The position numbers and the translations under genes are program-made. 64,000 nucleotides of DNA from Dicyema japonicum. Its lineage: Eukaryota > Animalia > Dicyemida. Positions 60,830 to 64,000 of this stretch are shown piece by piece (the first letter of the stretch is position 1; each line of letters opens with the position of its first letter). Below the pieces are notes generated by a model that worked only from the letters and a program-made list of their open reading frames with translations, had not been told where the DNA came from and ran no database searches. The DNA lies in the NCBI GenBank assembly GCA_011109175.1, contig RDEW01000010.1, positions 1,144,796 through 1,208,795 of the forward strand, in the 5' to 3' direction.

Positions 60830-61215
60830 TGGGGGATGAAGTCGCTACCTAGATGATTTATAAACTCAAAGTATTACCAAACGCTCTTGGATAGTACAAG
60901 AGATGGTTCCACCCAACAGTAGATCATCTCTACTACCAATATATACTTCCGTCAATCAGCTACTGCTGCGCGGCATGGGGTACTAACCTATCCCACACCA
61001 ACCTAAAGAAAATAAATTCCTTCCAAGAGACAGTAACAAAGACCCTACAAAGATCTTCCTCTCGATATTAAAACCAACCCCGTTCGAGGAACTCGTGAGG
61101 AATACGGGAGATCTGCCAAAACCTCTAAAACTCCAAAAATTCATTCGTCCACACCGAAAATGTGTCGGCACTTACGAGGAACACAAGAAAAGATGAGGAG
61201 GCTGGGATCACCTGA
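60830..61215 (+). mobile_element. 3' fragment of LINE family L-A
   Basis: YYQYILPSISYCCAAWGTNL...RPHRKCVG...gctgggatcacctga. Confidence 0.7.
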
Positions 61216-61910
61216 CGGCCCTTACTCTCATTTGTTTCGTCATGATTCTTGGTTCTAAATAAATACAGTATTACCACTACCGATTAATATTCCTATTTGA
61301 TGTCATACGATCCATCTGTCTCAGGTAACATCCATACCAGAGTGACATGGAAAAAATCTCTTTTCTCATCTTCCTCCAGAAGGCAGACGATCACATTCAT
61401 GCTCCCCCAATTTTGTACTCTCCGACTCCTTTAGTTCAATTTTTGCTTTCTTGTGTCTTGAAAGGAGGAAGACAAGAACTTATATTCTATATTCTACATC
61501 GCTTCTTGTTGCCCCCATGGGACCAAAGAATTAGTTAGTTTTCCCTACCTCATTAACATATAGGAGGTCTCCGGCCATCAAACGTCCAGCTGATAGTGTT
61601 GGGCACTCCCACAAGTCCTTTAGTATCATTGATGATCCTGGTCAGGAGAGGATTTAATCGATAATATCCCCAAGCTGGTCATGTGATGGAAGCCAAAACT
61701 CTGATCCCCTAAGCAACGGCAAAAAAGAGATCACGAACATCTCTTTTACTAAAAGATGATACAAAATGTAATTTGACAACTACTAAAATATTCGGAATTA
61801 AAAAATTTTTAATTATTTTTATTTAATTTTAAAACCATTAAACTTTAGTATTTTAATAATTAGTTTCCATTGATACCTTGCGGTAAGCAAAACTGTTCGA
61901 TGTTAGAAAA

Positions 61911-64000
61911 ATGAATTCTTACATTATTCAGAAACTCATTGGACAAGGAGCTTACGGAAAAGTCCATTTGGCTCTTAGAAAAGAAGACAAAAAGCTGTAT
62001 GCCATAAAAGAAATCCCATTTTTCTCCGTTAAAATTCAAAATTAGTTTCAGATGAAGGAAAAGGCCAAAGAGGACGCCAGAAACGAAGTAATTCGCTTTA
62101 AATTTGTTAAAGGTGGCCCTGCTTTCGAAACTGAAGCATCCCTACATTATCTCCTACTACGACTCGTTTTATGGTAATTCATTTAATTTACCCGCCAAAT
62201 TTATTTTATTTCCTAGAAAATGGGAGACTTTTGATTGTAATGGACTACTGTGAAGGCGGTACTAGCTTTCGGTATTTTAGGCGACCTAACCCACATGATG
62301 AACGCTCAGAAGCACGTGCTCTTTGAAGAACCTCAAGTTTGTGCATTTTATAGACTTTTAATAGATTTTGGACTGGTTTACCCAGATTTGCTTGGCGATA
62401 AAGTTTATTCACGACAAGAATATCCTCCACCGTGATATCAAATGCCAAGTAACGGTTTGAGGCATTTCAGAATATTTTTCTCCATAAAACGGGGGTAATC
62501 AAACTCGGAGACTTTGGAATCGCCAAAATCCTGCACAAGTATGCCTAATAGTGAAAGTAGTCCAAACGACCTGGCCAAGACTGCGATCGGGACTCCTTAC
62601 TATTTATCCCCAGAAATCTGCCAAAATGTGCCATACAACAACAAAAGGTCGCTGAAAATTTAAATTTCTTAGCGATATTTGGGCCTTAGGCTGCGTCCTG
62701 TACGAGCTCTTGACTCTCAGACACCCAGTACTGATCGATCTGAATTTTAGTTTGAATCAAATAACATGAAAAATCTCATATCTAAAATTGTCCGGTTCAA
62801 TTTGCTTATATAAACCAAATCGTTAGTTCAGTCTATCCCCCTCTCCCAGGTAAGTATTCCTACGATCTGCGGAATTTGGTCACAATGATGCTGAAGAAGA
62901 CTCCGAGGGAGAGACCCGACATTAACAGAATTCTCGCCAAGAAATTTATTCATAAACAAATAAGAAATATTCTGGACAACTACGTTGTTTAATTTAGGTA
63001 GTTTTAGAAATTAAAAACCGTCGAGATAATATCAACCCCCGTCCCTGCTGTTCCGCCAAAAGCAGAGATAAAGGAAGAGCCCCCGAAAAAAGTGGCTAAA
63101 CCCCCATTATTGAGCAAAGAAACCATGTTCGCTTCAATTTTATATTTTAGGAAGTCGAAGGCGAAATTTTTCCAAAATTTAAAGGTTTTTTGTAGCTACC
63201 AATCCAGGCATTACAGAAGAGGTCCCCGATAGTTCAAGAAACTCAGTCAAAAAAGAGATTTCTGAAATACCAGCAGCCAACTGTAAGGGAATAGACTCAA
63301 GGTTTAGCCGTCAGAATTGAAGCAACGAGAACGTGGTTGGCAGAATCTAAACCATCAGGATTATCCAGTCGATATTTCGGTCATTTTAGAAGAACGTCAA
63401 GCGTTATAAGGACCACTTTGAGGACTTGGAGCAACAGAGATTACAACGGGAAAAGGAAATGGTCCAAAACAGGCAGAACCGGCCCTCTATTTTTAAAAAC
63501 TTCTTCCGAGAGCCACAGAAGTAGCCTTTTCTGGTCAAATGGCTTCTAGAAAATCCCCGCTTGTAAAAGACTACCTTGAACGGCAGAACGCAGCCAAGCT
63601 AAACAAACTCAGAGCCGAACAAGACTTGTACTACAACAATCAAAATTACGTAAATTTAACCTTTAAACTAAACAGGATCTGTTCGACGAGCGAAAACTCA
63701 AAAAAGCGGAAAATATTTACAAAAACGACGATAAACCTGATATAAACGTAATACTGCGTTGCCTTATTTATTATTCTGTCAAATAACGGTTTAGGAAAGG
63801 GAACCGACTTCTTTAATCGAATTGAGGTAACTGTTTGGGGGACTTTGTAGACGACCTGAAGTCGGGATAACTGATGCACTGGCTGTAGTGGCAATGAATG
63901 AAGAGTTTGGCGGTTTGGTTATTTTTCAGGGATAAAGAAGAGGGACCGCGAATAGTTGAAGGAGGTAGAAATATTGGTGGTGACTTAAAAACCATCGAAA
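61911..64000 (+). CDS. NEK1: NIMA-related kinase, NEK1-like; may continue beyond the window
   Basis: [74 protein letters not shown] and [12 protein letters not shown]; downstream [17 protein letters not shown] is NEK1-like; 22-43 nt introns. Confidence 0.9.

Overview
Eukaryotic, animal-type nuclear DNA, roughly 36-38% GC by eye, read in the standard genetic code. No CRISPR, rRNA or prokaryotic operon structure is visible. Genes are split by extremely short GT-AG introns (mostly 21-30 nt), plus a rare class of 60-110 nt introns that are almost pure A/T. Together with motile-cilium genes this suggests a reduced ciliated parasitic animal such as a dicyemid (inference, not verified). Well-supported genes are DPH2, MMUT, a Tctex1-domain protein, a RalBP1-like RhoGAP, an SLC44 transporter, COPB2, a FAM194/ERICH6-like protein, CCDC39, a type II diacylglycerol kinase, a FUBP/KHSRP KH protein, NEK1 (running off the right end) and tRNA-Gln(TTG). 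Intergenic DNA is a mosaic of decayed mobile elements: about 11 CRE-clade fragments, an R4/Dong-like retrotransposon in 4 pieces that resembles microsporidian elements, an I-group LINE with an N-terminal 2A ribosome-skipping motif (one long copy plus 4 3' ends), RTE 3' ends, a SPIN/GTF2IRD2-type hAT remnant and two tRNA-derived SINE families. Signals the annotation does not explain are recurrent near-pure A/T islands every ~0.6-3 kb, strong enrichment of CACGTG and TGACGTCA, a recent inverted 61-nt copy of a FUBP exon and a partial tRNA duplication. Several conserved genes carry 1-nt homopolymer deletions, most likely assembly errors. All alignments, counts and family calls were made by eye; mobile-element boundaries are approximate.
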